Part shown: one piece after another, positions 8,846 through 22,014 of the stretch | Position numbering within the stretch: position 1 is the stretch's first letter | Layout of the letters: the number at the start of each line of letters is the position of its first letter | Assembly (NCBI GenBank): GCA_964587725.1 | Contig: CAZPLO010000007.1 | Coordinates: 35,184 to 66,358, forward strand | Length of the DNA stretch: 31,175 bases | Direction: 5' to 3' | Source: an uncultured archaeon | Lineage (GTDB): Archaea > Altiarchaeota > Altiarchaeia > IMC4 > SCGC-AAA252-I15 | The notes under the pieces: model-generated | Told to the model about the DNA's origin: nothing | Seen by the model: only the letters and a program-made list of their open reading frames with translations | Databases searched by the model: none | Translations under genes and position numbers: made by a program

Positions 8846-9604
8846 ATGATTGGGAAACGCATTCGGATGGAGCGCATCATGGACCGCGACAGCGGCAACA
8901 TGGTGATTGTGCCCATGGACCATGGGGTTACCGTGGGCCCTATAAAAGGATTGGAGAACCTTGCTGAAGCAGTCAACGACGTCGCCAAGGGCGGCGCGGA
9001 CGCCGTGCTCATGCACAAGGGCATGGTGGGCAGAGGCCACCGTGGATACGGGAAAGACATAGGGTTGATGATCCACTTGAACGCCGGCAGCAGCGTAGCC
9101 CCGGACCCCAACAACAAGATAATGGTCACCTCCGTCCGGGAGGCGGTCCGGTTGGGCGCCGACGCCGTGTCCGTGCACGTGAACGTCGGAGCAGACCGAG
9201 AACACCACATGCTACACGACCTCGGAATGGCGGCGGAGGAATGCAACACCTACGGCGTGCCGCTGCTGGCGATGATGTACCCCCGGGGGAAGGAGATAAA
9301 GAACAGCAGCGACGCGAAGTACGTGAAACACGTGGCCAGACTAGGTGCAGAGCTGGGAGCGGACATCATTAAGACCCTGTACACGGGCGACAAGAAAACC
9401 TTCACCGAAGTCGTTGAAGGGTGTCCGGCGCCTATTGTGATAGCCGGCGGCCCCAAGATAGACAGCGAAGAGGACCTGCTGCGGATGGTGGAGGACGCGA
9501 TAGAATGCGGAGCCAAGGGCATAAGCATAGGCAGGAACATATTCCAGGCCGAAGACCGCGTCGGAATAACCAAGAAACTCTGCAGGATAGTGCATAAAAA
9601 GTGA
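8846..9604 (+). CDS. DhnA-type class I aldolase, probably 2-amino-3,7-dideoxy-D-threo-hept-6-ulosonate synthase (AroA'); fructose-bisphosphate aldolase possible
   Basis: [39 protein letters not shown] (Schiff-base Lys), IAGGPK, GRNIFQ. Confidence 0.85.
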   Translation: MIGKRIRMERIMDRDSGNMVIVPMDHGVTVGPIKGLENLAEAVNDVAKGGADAVLMHKGMVGRGHRGYGKDIGLMIHLNAGSSVAPDPNNKIMVTSVREAVRLGADAVSVHVNVGADREHHMLHDLGMAAEECNTYGVPLLAMMYPRGKEIKNSSDAKYVKHVARLGAELGADIIKTLYTGDKKTFTEVVEGCPAPIVIAGGPKIDSEEDLLRMVEDAIECGAKGISIGRNIFQAEDRVGITKKLCRIVHKK

Positions 9605-9658
9605 GACTGCTGGATAGCGGAAGCCTTATAAATAATATATTATACATGTTACAGTAGG

Positions 9659-10564
9659 ATGGCACGCAACCCAAAAAGATACTCGGACATAAAAGGCGGC
9701 ATGGACAGGGGCCCCAAGGAGATGGGAAGCCACCTGGTGGAGAAGGTGGGCGACATAATGGACGTCGCCTCCAGGAAAGTGATAGCTACGCACCCTTCCA
9801 ACACCATACGCAACGCAGCCACATTGATGCGGGACAACGACGTCCGCCGCCTCCCCGTATTGGACGCGGGAACCGGGCGACTGGAGGGCATGGTCACGGC
9901 CATAGACGTGCTCGACTTCCTCGGCGGAGGGGAGAAATACAACATCATAGAAAAAGACTACGGCGGCAACTTCCTGTCAGCCATCAACTGCCCAGTCAAC
10001 AAGATAATGAGGGAGGCTCAGTGGCTGACCAAAAAGGATTCCGTGGAAGACGCCGTCGGAATCGTGCTGGACAAGCGGAGCAGCTGCATCCCCGTCGTCG
10101 AAGACGAGGAAGACATGAAGGTTATCGCGCTGGTTACGGAGCGGGACCTGCTGCCGGAAGCCGCGGACACCGGCATAAGGGTTAGCGAGATGATGGAGTC
10201 CCGGACCATATCCGCCACCGCGGGAATGATGCTGTCGGACGTCAGCAAGGTGATGGTGAGGAACCAGCTGCGCCGGCTGCCGGTTATGTCCGACGGACGC
10301 CTCACAGGCGTTGTGACAGTGTTCGACGTCCTCGGCTACCTGGAGGACGGCGACTTCAAGGGCGTGTACGCCGAAGAGAACCTGTCCACCAGGGTGGAGG
10401 GGATAATGGAGTTGAAGGTGGTGTCCGTCGGCCCCGACGACGACATGGGCACCGTGTTGAAGCTCATACGGGAGACGGGGTTGGGCGGGTTCCCTGTTTT
10501 GGAAGACGGGGAGGCCCTGGGCATAGTCACCATAACAGACATACTGGGGAAGATTTACAGGTGA
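9659..10564 (+). CDS. Stand-alone CBS-domain protein (four CBS motifs)
   Basis: VRRLPVLD...GMVTAIDVL, SCIPVV...VTERDLL, LRRLPVM...GVVTVFDVL, GGFPVL...GIVTITDIL. TATA-like TTATAAATA at about 9625. Confidence 0.9.
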   Translation: MARNPKRYSDIKGGMDRGPKEMGSHLVEKVGDIMDVASRKVIATHPSNTIRNAATLMRDNDVRRLPVLDAGTGRLEGMVTAIDVLDFLGGGEKYNIIEKDYGGNFLSAINCPVNKIMREAQWLTKKDSVEDAVGIVLDKRSSCIPVVEDEEDMKVIALVTERDLLPEAADTGIRVSEMMESRTISATAGMMLSDVSKVMVRNQLRRLPVMSDGRLTGVVTVFDVLGYLEDGDFKGVYAEENLSTRVEGIMELKVVSVGPDDDMGTVLKLIRETGLGGFPVLEDGEALGIVTITDILGKIYR

Positions 10565-10587
10565 AAAAGAGCGTAAAACCCGGGTCA

Positions 10588-10596
10588 TTTATAAAT
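10588..10596 (+). promoter_or_regulatory. Candidate TATA box for the RNA polymerase operon
   Basis: TTTATAAAT in an AT-rich gap about 75 nt upstream of rpo5; RBS-like GGAGGTG at 10657-10663. Confidence 0.5.
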
Positions 10597-10667
10597 GATG
10601 ATTGGATAATATGTAGACACGCTCTTTTTCTGAACCCGGGATGCCATAAATCCTGTGGAGGTGCAAG

Positions 10668-10889
10668 TTGGTAAAACACAAATTAGTGCCCGAACACGAG
10701 CTGCTAAGCCCCGAGGAAGCACAGAAAGTGCTGGACAAATACAATGTCGGCAGGGAACAGATGCCGAAGATAAAGTTGAACGACCACGGCATCAAAGACC
10801 TGTCAGCCAACGTCGGGGACGTAATCAGGATAACGCGCGAACACGATTTGATTGGCAATTCAATATACTACAGGGTGGTTGTCGAATGA
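10668..10889 (+). CDS. rpo5: DNA-directed RNA polymerase subunit H (Rpo5)
   Basis: [12 protein letters not shown]...MPKIK...GDVIRITR...YYRVV; TTG start after GGAGGTG; immediately before rpo2. Confidence 0.93.
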   Translation: MVKHKLVPEHELLSPEEAQKVLDKYNVGREQMPKIKLNDHGIKDLSANVGDVIRITREHDLIGNSIYYRVVVE

Positions 10890-13800
10890 GCAGGAAGACG
10901 GAATCCAAGATGCCGTTCATACGGCTTTCGGATTTCATACGCCGCGACGACCTCACCAGGTTCCAGATAGAATCCTACAACTGGCTCATAGAGAAGGGGC
11001 TGCAGGAAGTAATCGATGAGAAAGGCAGCCTCGACATAGAGATACCGGACTACAGCCTGGAGCTGGGGAAGATAAGCGTCGGCAAGCCGGAGGTCAACGA
11101 GTCAGGGATGGGCGTCGAGTCGCGGTATCCCTTCGAGTGCAGGCTCAGGAACCTGACATACTCTGCACCCATATACCTGGAGTTCATAGAGCGCGGCGAG
11201 CCGGTGGTCGTTGAAATAGGCCATCTGCCGGTGATGCTGCGCTCCAGAATCTGCTTGCTGAACGGATTAAGCGAGGACGAAGTCGTTAAACGCGGTGAGG
11301 ACACCCACGACATGGGCGGCTACTTCATAATAAACGGCACAGAACGCAGCCTCATCATAGTCGAGGACCTGGCGCCCAACCGCATCGTCACCACGCAGGA
11401 GACCATCATGGGCAAGGACGTGGTCATAGCGAAGGTGTTTTCCGTCCGCCAGGGCTTCCGGTCCAGAGTGACTGTGGAGAAGAGGGACGTCAGCGGCGGC
11501 AACACGTTGTTCGTGTCTTTCCCGGGCATACCCAACAGGATACCGTTGATTACGCTGATGAAGGCCTTGGGCCTCGAAGACGACGAGATACTCAGATTGT
11601 TCGACGACGAAACCCAGTTGGAGGTGAAGATAAACCTGGAGGTCAAGGACATGACCCATGAGGAGGCCTTCGACTACATTGGGAAGAGGGCGGGGGCGGG
11701 TCACGCGAAACAGTACCAGGCCACCCGCGCCAACCAGGTCATAAACAACTTCCTGCTCCCCCACATAGGCAACAGCGAAGAGGACAGGCGGAGGAAGGCC
11801 ATATACCTGGGCATCATGGCCAAGAAGGTGTTGCAGCTGGACCTCGGAATACGCGAGGAAGACGATAAAGACCACTACAGCAACAAGCGCCTGCGCCTCA
11901 GTGGAGACCTCATGCAGGAGCTGTTCAGGGTCAGCTTCAACAAAATAGCCCGGGACATAAAATACCAGCTGGAGAAACAGAACGCCAGACACAGGGTAGT
12001 CAACGTGAAGACCGCGGTGCGGAGCAACAACCTCACGGAAAGCATATCCTATGCTCTTGCAACAGGAAACTGGACCGGCGGCCGCAGCGGCGTCAGCCAG
12101 GTACTGGACAGGACAAACTACCTATCGTATGTCACCCACCAGAGGAGGGTGAGTTCGCTGCTGAGCAGAAGTCACCCCCACTTCGAGGCCCGCGACCTCC
12201 ACTCAACCCAGTTCGGGCGGATATGCCCTAACGAGACCCCGGAGGGCCAGAACTGCGGATTGGTGAAGAACCTTGCCGTCGGAGCCGTCATATCCCAGGA
12301 AACCGAAGAGGAGCCGCTGGAGAAATACCTCAAGGAATACGGGGTCAAAGACGCGGGAGGCACCGGAGTGTATTTGAACGGCCGGCTGATGGGCGAGCAC
12401 AGGAGACCCGACACCCTGGTGAACCGGCTGCGGAAGCTGCGCAGGCAGGGGAAGATACACCACACGGCCTCCATAAGCTACCACGAGGAAAACAACGAAG
12501 TCCAGGTTTACACGGACAAGGGCAGGACCCTCCGCCCCCTCATAATACTCGATGACGGGAAGCCGGTGCTCACAGACAAGCACGTGAGCGACCTTCAGGA
12601 CGGGAGAATCACCTGGCAGCACCTCATGGAAAACGGCGCCATAGAATACATCGACGCGGAGGAGGAGGAGAACGCGTACGTCGCCGTCAGAGAATACAAG
12701 GTGACGGCCGAACACACCCACCTGGAGCTGACTCCGTCGCTGATGCTTGGCATCAGCGCCGGGTTCGCGCCGTTCCCCGAGCACAACAGCTCTCCGCGCG
12801 TCACCATGGCGGCGGCCATGGCCAAGCAGAGCCTCGGCATGTACACCTCAAACTACTTCTCGCGGTTCGACAGCAGAGCCAACGTGTTGCAGTACCCGCA
12901 GATGCCGATGGTGAAGACAGACATAGCAGACTCCCTGGAGTACTGGAAGAGGCCTGCGGGACAGAACTTCGTCGTAGCCATCATGAGCTACGAAGGATAC
13001 AACATGGAGGACGCCGTAGTGCTCAACAGGGGCTCCGTTGAGAGGGGCCTGGGACGCTCCACGTTCTACCGAACATACAGTGCAGAGGAAAGAAGGTATC
13101 CGAGCGGACAGCAGGACCGGTTCGAGATGCCGGCGATAGAGGTTGAGGGCGCGCAGTCCGAGGACACCTACGCGAAACTCGGCGAAGACGGCATAATATT
13201 CCCCGAATCCGACGTCGGCTCCGGCGAAGTGTTGATTGGGAAGACGTCGCCGCCCCGTTTCCTGGAGGAAATCGGACCATACGGCATCGTCGAGGAAAGG
13301 AGGCGTGAGACGTCCACGACGGTGAGGCACATGGAGTCCGGCGTCGTCGACGCGGTCATACTCACTGAAACCGTTGAACGGAACAAGCTGTCGAAGGTGC
13401 GGGTCAGGAGCCTGAGGGTTCCGGAGCTCGGAGACAAGTTCGCGTCCAGGCACGGGCAGAAGGGGGTGGTGGGATTGATTGTGCCGCAGGAGGACATGCC
13501 GTTCACCAAAGACGGCGTCGCCCCAGACATCATCATAAACCCCCACGCGATACCGTCCAGGATGACGGTCGGCCACGTACTGGAGATGATCGGCGCCAAA
13601 GCTGGCGCGATGGAGGGCCGCCTCGTCAACGGCACCGCGTTCGCCAACGAGGAGGAGGACGATTTAAGGGAGGCCCTCAAGGAGCACGGTTTCAACCACA
13701 CCGGCAAGGAGGTCATGTACAACGGCAAAACCGGCGAACCCTTCGAGGTGGACATATTCGTCGGCATAGCATACTACCAGAAACTCCACCACATGGTCGC

Positions 13801-14160
13801 CAACAAGGTTCACGCCCGGTCAAGGGGGCCGGTTCAGATGCTCACCCGCCAGCCCACGGAAGGACGGGCGCGGGAGGGCGGACTCCGTTTCGGAGAGATG
13901 GAGCGGGACTGCCTCATAGGCCACGGCGTATCAATGATGCTCAAAGACCGCCTGTTGGACGAGTCGGACAAGGTTGTGGTCCCGGTGTGCAGCAAATGCG
14001 GGATGGTGGCAGTCAACGACGTCGAACGCCGTCAGGTGTATTGTCCGCTGTGCGGCGACACACCAACCTACCCGGTGGAGATGGCGTACGCCTTCAAGCT
14101 GCTGCTGAACGAGCTGATGGGCATGTGCGTTTTACCAAGACTAAAATTGAGTGATAAAGC

Positions 14161-14164
<4 letters not shown>
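10886..14164 (+). CDS. rpo2: DNA-directed RNA polymerase subunit B (Rpo2), unsplit
   Basis: [56 protein letters not shown]-terminal Zn ribbon. ATG 10886 overlaps the rpo5 stop. Confidence 0.97.
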
Positions 14165-17773
<3,609 letters not shown>

Positions 17774-17774
<1 letters not shown>

Positions 17775-18073
17775 TGGTCGACGTTAAGAAGCAGCTGAGC
17801 AACGCCGTTGAATCCGGGAAAGTCCTCCTGGGCTCTAACAAGACTGTGGACAGCCTCCTGCACGACAAACCCAAGCTGGTGCTGTTGAGCAGCAACTGCC
17901 CTGCTAAGCAGGCGGAGACGATAATCTACTACTGCCGCCTCGCGGACGTGCCGTACGCGAGGGTTCAGGAGACCAGCATAGAACTGGGGTCCAGCATAGG
18001 CCGGCCTCATCCGATATCTGTTGCGGCGGTCATGGAGGAGGGGGAATCCGGCATCCTAGAGGTCGGACGGTGA
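17774..18073 (+). CDS. rpl30e: 50S ribosomal protein eL30
   Basis: GKVLLGSNKT...KLVLLSSNCP...SIELGSSIGRPHPIS...EEGESGIL; canonical position after rpo1C. Confidence 0.93.
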
Positions 18074-18501
18074 ACAAGATACGTTTGGACTCAGACGACA
18101 TACAGCACATCACCCTGTTCGAGCAGATGACCGGCGCCAAAGTCGAGGACTTCGTCCGCGAAGACGACGCCATGTGCTTTCTAGTGAAGGAGGGCCAGAT
18201 GGGTTTGGCCATCGGCCGCAAGGGCAGCAACGTCGACAAAGTCAGGAAGGCGTTGGGCCGCACCGTTATTGTGTTGGAGGACAGCGACGACCCGGAGCAG
18301 TTCATGCGCAACATGTTCCAGCCCGCGGAAATACACGGCCTCAGCGTAGACAACCTCAGCGAAGGCCGCGCCGCAACCGTGCAGATAAGCCGCAGCGACC
18401 GCAGCAAAGCCGTGGGGCCAGGCGGCGCCAAAATACGGATGGTCCGCGTCCTCGCCAAACGACACCACAACATCGACGACATCAACCTCCGCACGATATG
18501 A
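18070..18501 (+). CDS. nusA: Archaeal NusA (two KH domains)
   Basis: LFEQMTGA, MGLAIGRKGSNV, KAVGPGGAKI...LAKRHHNI; canonical position. Confidence 0.93.
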   Translation: MNKIRLDSDDIQHITLFEQMTGAKVEDFVREDDAMCFLVKEGQMGLAIGRKGSNVDKVRKALGRTVIVLEDSDDPEQFMRNMFQPAEIHGLSVDNLSEGRAATVQISRSDRSKAVGPGGAKIRMVRVLAKRHHNIDDINLRTI

Positions 18502-18583
18502 AGTTCAAATAATTGCTACTTTTATTCAAATAATTTATAAAAAATTTGAAATATTTTATATTCATCGTTTCCTAGAGTTGTTC

Positions 18584-18775
18584 ATGGCCGGGCCTGCGGT
18601 GCTGGAGAAGCCGCCGTCCAAGGGATACGAGAACCTGCCGGAAGCCAGAGGCATACTGTGGACTGCGTCGGTGAACCGGAAGGGCAGAAACGTGCTGGAC
18701 GTGGACGGCCCCCAAACTGAAGGAGAAAATCAGCGGGTTCACCGGCCTCCTGAGGAAAGCCACCTCACCCGCTAA
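18584..18775 (+). CDS. Small hypothetical protein (63 aa) between nusA and rps12
   Basis: GC-rich island flanked by AT-rich spacers; G/C-ending codons through most of the frame; TATA-like TTTATAAAA (about 18534) and TTTTATAT (about 18554) upstream. Confidence 0.5.
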   Translation: MAGPAVLEKPPSKGYENLPEARGILWTASVNRKGRNVLDVDGPQTEGENQRVHRPPEESHLTR

Positions 18776-18839
18776 TGCGACAATACCGAAAAACACGGCC
18801 TTTTTATACTATATCTCCCTATTATGTGTATCCGTTTTC

Positions 18840-18894
18840 GGGCGGAGGAATTGGTGGCCCACGCGGTCTCGTGGGGTTCCAACACTCCCCGCCT
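18840..18894 (+). promoter_or_regulatory. Long GC-rich hairpin in the predicted 5' leader of the rps12 operon
   Basis: Nested pairings GGCGG/CCGCC, GGA/TCC (or GAG/CTC), TTGG/CCAA and CCCACG/CGTGGG; about 30 nt downstream of TATA-like TTTTTATA (18801) and about 40 nt before the rps12 ATG. Confidence 0.6.
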
Positions 18895-18935
18895 AAATGT
18901 TAAACTCTGACTTGGTCAGCTGTTTTTGATGTAAG

Positions 18936-19364
18936 ATGGGTAGAGGAGAATTCGCAGCCAAGAAGCTGCAGGACACGCGCCGGAAGTTCAGGTGGAAGAA
19001 GACAGACTACAGCAGGCGGGTGCTTAATCTGAAGGAGAAACACGACCCCCTCGAGGGGGCTCCGCAGGCCCGCGGCATCGTGTTGGAGAAAGTCGGCATA
19101 GAGGCTAAGCAGCCTAACAGCGCCATCCGGAAGTGCGTGCGTGTTCAGCTGATAAAGAACGGCCGCCAGGTGACGGCGTTCGCGCCCCAGAACCGCGCCA
19201 TAACATTCATAGACGAACACGACCAGGTAACCATAGAGGGCTTGGGCGGGAGGAAGGGCCGGAGCATGGGCGACCTCTCAGGCGTGCGGTACAAGGTCAT
19301 CAAAGTCAACGACATATCACTGAACGAACTCGTCCACGGACGCAGGGAGAAGCCGCAGAGGTAA
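18936..19364 (+). CDS. rps12: 30S ribosomal protein uS12
   Basis: [40 protein letters not shown]. Confidence 0.97.
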   Translation: MGRGEFAAKKLQDTRRKFRWKKTDYSRRVLNLKEKHDPLEGAPQARGIVLEKVGIEAKQPNSAIRKCVRVQLIKNGRQVTAFAPQNRAITFIDEHDQVTIEGLGGRKGRSMGDLSGVRYKVIKVNDISLNELVHGRREKPQR

Positions 19365-19366
19365 AA

Positions 19367-19756
19367 ATGAGGCACGACCCATTGAACGACGCGATATCGA
19401 CGATAAAAAACGCTGAAAGGATAGGGAAGAGCGAGTGTATCCTGAAGCCCAATACGAAGCTGCTGGTGAACGTGCTGCAGATATTCCAGGAGAACGGCTA
19501 CATAGGCGAATACGAGGTCAGCGAAGACCGGCGCGGCGGAAGCGTCCGGGTGAAGCTCATAAAGCACATAAACGACTGCGGAGTCATTAAACCCCGTTTC
19601 CCCGTGAAAAACGACGACTTCATACGGTGGGAGAAAAGGTATCTGCCGTCCCGCGGCTTCGGCCTCCTGGTGGTGTCCACCCCCAAGGGCGTGATGAGCC
19701 ACGACAAGGCGAAGGATGAGGGGGTCGGCGGACGACTCATAGCGTACGTATACTAA
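19367..19756 (+). CDS. rps8: 30S ribosomal protein uS8
   Basis: MRHDPLNDAISTIKNAE...GYIGEYE...INDCGVIKPRFPVK...WEKRYLPSRGFGLLVVSTPKGVMSH...GGRLIAYVY. True start is ATG 19367 within the 19133 ORF. Confidence 0.96.
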   Translation: MRHDPLNDAISTIKNAERIGKSECILKPNTKLLVNVLQIFQENGYIGEYEVSEDRRGGSVRVKLIKHINDCGVIKPRFPVKNDDFIRWEKRYLPSRGFGLLVVSTPKGVMSHDKAKDEGVGGRLIAYVY

Positions 19757-19758
19757 AG

Positions 19759-20325
19759 ATGGCTGAAGAGAAACTCCACCACGGCGAACTGGAAGTGGAC
19801 CTCCGCGACGGCGTGGAGGTGGATGCCAAGGGCAGGAGCATCACCGTCAAGGGCCCGAAGGGGGAGTTGGCGAGGAAGTTCCGCGAAGACTTCATACACT
19901 TCAACCGCCGCGACGGCAGGCTCAAGATAACGGCGAAAAGCAAGCGCCTGCCGCTGAGGAAGCAGATGGCCATCATGGGCACCATAGCGGGGCACGTCAA
20001 GAACATGATGAAGGGCGTCACCGAAGGCTTCGAATACCGGCTCCGCATAGTCTACTCGCACTTCCCCATGAAGGCGATGGTGCAGGGAGACGAGTTCGTC
20101 GTCGACAACTTCCTAGGAGAAAAATACCCGCGTAGGACAAGGATACTCGACGGCGTGAAAGTCGAGGTCAATGGCAACGAGGTCGTCGCCACGGGCATAG
20201 ACAAGGAGAAGGTGGGGCAGACGGCCGCCAACATAGAGCAGCTCACCAAGGTCAAGAACCTGGACGTCCGCATATTCCAGGACGGCATATACATAATCGA
20301 GAAAGACGGCAAACCAATAATGTAA
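19759..20325 (+). CDS. rpl6: 50S ribosomal protein uL6
   Basis: ITVKGPKGEL, GHVKNMMKGVTEGFEY, YSHFPM, NFLGEK, GQTAANIEQ, DVRIFQDGIYI. Confidence 0.96.
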   Translation: MAEEKLHHGELEVDLRDGVEVDAKGRSITVKGPKGELARKFREDFIHFNRRDGRLKITAKSKRLPLRKQMAIMGTIAGHVKNMMKGVTEGFEYRLRIVYSHFPMKAMVQGDEFVVDNFLGEKYPRRTRILDGVKVEVNGNEVVATGIDKEKVGQTAANIEQLTKVKNLDVRIFQDGIYIIEKDGKPIM

Positions 20326-20326
20326 G

Positions 20327-21049
20327 ATGGCTGAAGACAAGAAGACGAAGAAAAAGAAGGCGGGGAAGAAATCCGCCGCCAAGAAGGAGGCGGGAGATTC
20401 AGCCGAAGGCAAGAAGAAAGCCGAGAAGAGGACTAAAAAGAAGGCTAAAGCCAAAAAGAATACGAAGAAGAAGGCCAAGACCAAGAAAAAAACCAAGAAG
20501 GCCGTGAAGAAGAAGAAAGGGACGGCCGAAGAAGAGAAAAAGGCCGTTGAATCAGAGGAGAAGGCCAAGCCGAAGAAGGATGCGGCGGAGAAAAAGAAGG
20601 CCGCCGAGGAGAAGACGCCCAAGAAGGAAGAGAAGAAGGATAAGCCGAAGCAGCCTAAGGAGGTTGCGAAGATAAAGTACCTGCCGGACGAGAGCAAGAA
20701 AACCCCGAAGACCACGCCGAGGTTCAACCGGCAGGAGCTGGGGAGGCTCCCGCGGCTGGACGACAAGTGGAGGCGGCCGAGGGGGATAGACAGCAAGAAA
20801 CACGAGAAAAAACGCGGCAAAGGAGCGCTGCCGTCGATAGGGTACAAGAAGCCGGACAGCGAATCCGGCCTCCACTACGGGTATGAGGCGGTGCGGGTGT
20901 TCAACCCAGACGGCCTTAAAGAGATAAACCCTGAGAAGCAGGCCGCAGTGATAGCCTCCGCCGTCGGGAGGAGGAAGCGGAACATGATAATAGAGGAAGC
21001 CAACAAGCTCAAGATAACGGTGTTGAATCCGCGGAGGGGTGAGGCATGA
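20327..21049 (+). CDS. rpl32e: 50S ribosomal protein eL32 with ~115-aa Lys-rich N-terminal extension
   Basis: Core PRFNRQE...KWRRPRGIDSK...PSIGY...IASAVGRRKR...ITVLNP from about residue 120; position between uL6 and eL19. Confidence 0.93.
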   Translation: MAEDKKTKKKKAGKKSAAKKEAGDSAEGKKKAEKRTKKKAKAKKNTKKKAKTKKKTKKAVKKKKGTAEEEKKAVESEEKAKPKKDAAEKKKAAEEKTPKKEEKKDKPKQPKEVAKIKYLPDESKKTPKTTPRFNRQELGRLPRLDDKWRRPRGIDSKKHEKKRGKGALPSIGYKKPDSESGLHYGYEAVRVFNPDGLKEINPEKQAAVIASAVGRRKRNMIIEEANKLKITVLNPRRGEA

Positions 21050-21486
21050 ACCTGCGCGGACAGAGAAGACTGGCGGCGGACGTGTTGGACGTGGGAGTCA
21101 ACCGGGTCACATTCAACCCCGAACGCCTCGAAGACATAGACGAGGCACTTACTCGAGAGGACATACGCGCGCTCATAAAAACAGGCGCCATCGGGAAGAA
21201 GCCGGTGAAGGGCGTCAGCCGCGGCAGAGCCCGCGCCAAGGCGGAGCAGAAGAGGAAGGGCCGGCGCAGGGGCAGCGGCCACCGGGAAGGCAGCGGCAAC
21301 GCACGCGACCCATCCAAGAGGAGGTGGGTCAACAAGATACGCGCCATCCGCGACGAACTCAGGAAGATGCGGGAGAACGGCGACATCACGGTGTCCGAGT
21401 ACAGGAAACTCTACCGGCAGGCGAAGGGCAACCTGTTCCAGAGCAGACGGCACCTAAGGGAACACGTGGAGAGGATGAGGAAATAA
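21046..21486 (+). CDS. rpl19e: 50S ribosomal protein eL19
   Basis: QRRLAADVLDVGVNRV, TREDIRALI, GVSRGRAR, KGRRRGSG, YRKLYRQAKGNLF. Confidence 0.96.
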   Translation: MNLRGQRRLAADVLDVGVNRVTFNPERLEDIDEALTREDIRALIKTGAIGKKPVKGVSRGRARAKAEQKRKGRRRGSGHREGSGNARDPSKRRWVNKIRAIRDELRKMRENGDITVSEYRKLYRQAKGNLFQSRRHLREHVERMRK

Positions 21487-22010
21487 TGGCTACCGGCGCG
21501 ACATACAGTGTGAAATACAGGAGGCGGCGCGAACAGAAGACAGACTACAAGCGGAGGCTCAACCTCCTGAAGTCGGGGGCCACACGGTTCGTGGTCCGAC
21601 CGTCCAACAAACACACCCTCGCCCAGCTAATAGAATACCACGAGGACGGAGACAAGGTGGTTGCGCAGGCGAACTCGAAGGAACTCGCCAAGATGGGGTG
21701 GACCCACAGCACCTCGAACACATCCGCCGCATACCTCACCGGCCTACTGTGCGGGGTGCGCGGAAAAGCCAGAGGAGTGGAGAATGCGGTATTGGACACC
21801 GGCCTGCACCCGCAGATAAAGGGTTCAAAAATTTATGCGACGCTGAAGGGCTTGATAGACTCGGGCGTCGAATCCAAGGCGGAGGAGGAGATCTTCCCAT
21901 CCGAGAGCAGAATGAAGGGCGAGACCGTGGCGGCCCGCGTGGAAAAGTCCGCGAACATAACAGCGGACTTTGAGAAACTCAAAGAGGAAATATTAAGTTC
22001 AGGCAAGTGA
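21486..22010 (+). CDS. rpl18: 50S ribosomal protein uL18
   Basis: MATGATYSVKYRRRREQKTDYKRRL, RFVVRPSNKH, NTSAAYLTGLL, AVLDTGL. ATG 21486 overlaps the eL19 stop. Confidence 0.95.
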   Translation: MATGATYSVKYRRRREQKTDYKRRLNLLKSGATRFVVRPSNKHTLAQLIEYHEDGDKVVAQANSKELAKMGWTHSTSNTSAAYLTGLLCGVRGKARGVENAVLDTGLHPQIKGSKIYATLKGLIDSGVESKAEEEIFPSESRMKGETVAARVEKSANITADFEKLKEEILSSGK

Positions 22011-22014
22011 TAAA

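Noticed and set aside
10655-10885. Apparent N-terminal extensions of Rpo2, uS8 (19133), uL18 (21039), HisC (1307), AblB (5826) and the DUF6390-like protein (7878) in the ORF track
   Set aside because: They overlap neighbouring real genes in other frames, and internal starts coupled to the previous stop or promoter exist. The eL32 and uS5 extensions, by contrast, occupy their own DNA.
18584-18790. RNase P RNA (GAGGAAAG at about 18752) or SRP RNA (CCGGAAGGG at about 18676)
   Set aside because: GAGGAAAG lacks the following UCC, the 3' P4 partner and room for the rest of the RNA. The SRP helix-8 context (GGAAGG-AGCA with a flanking stem) is not met.
18840-18894. Archaeal SECIS element (GAA opposite A in a hairpin)
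   Set aside because: The upper stem is longer than and unlike the usual short G/C stem, and no nearby gene shows an in-frame UGA at a conserved Cys position.
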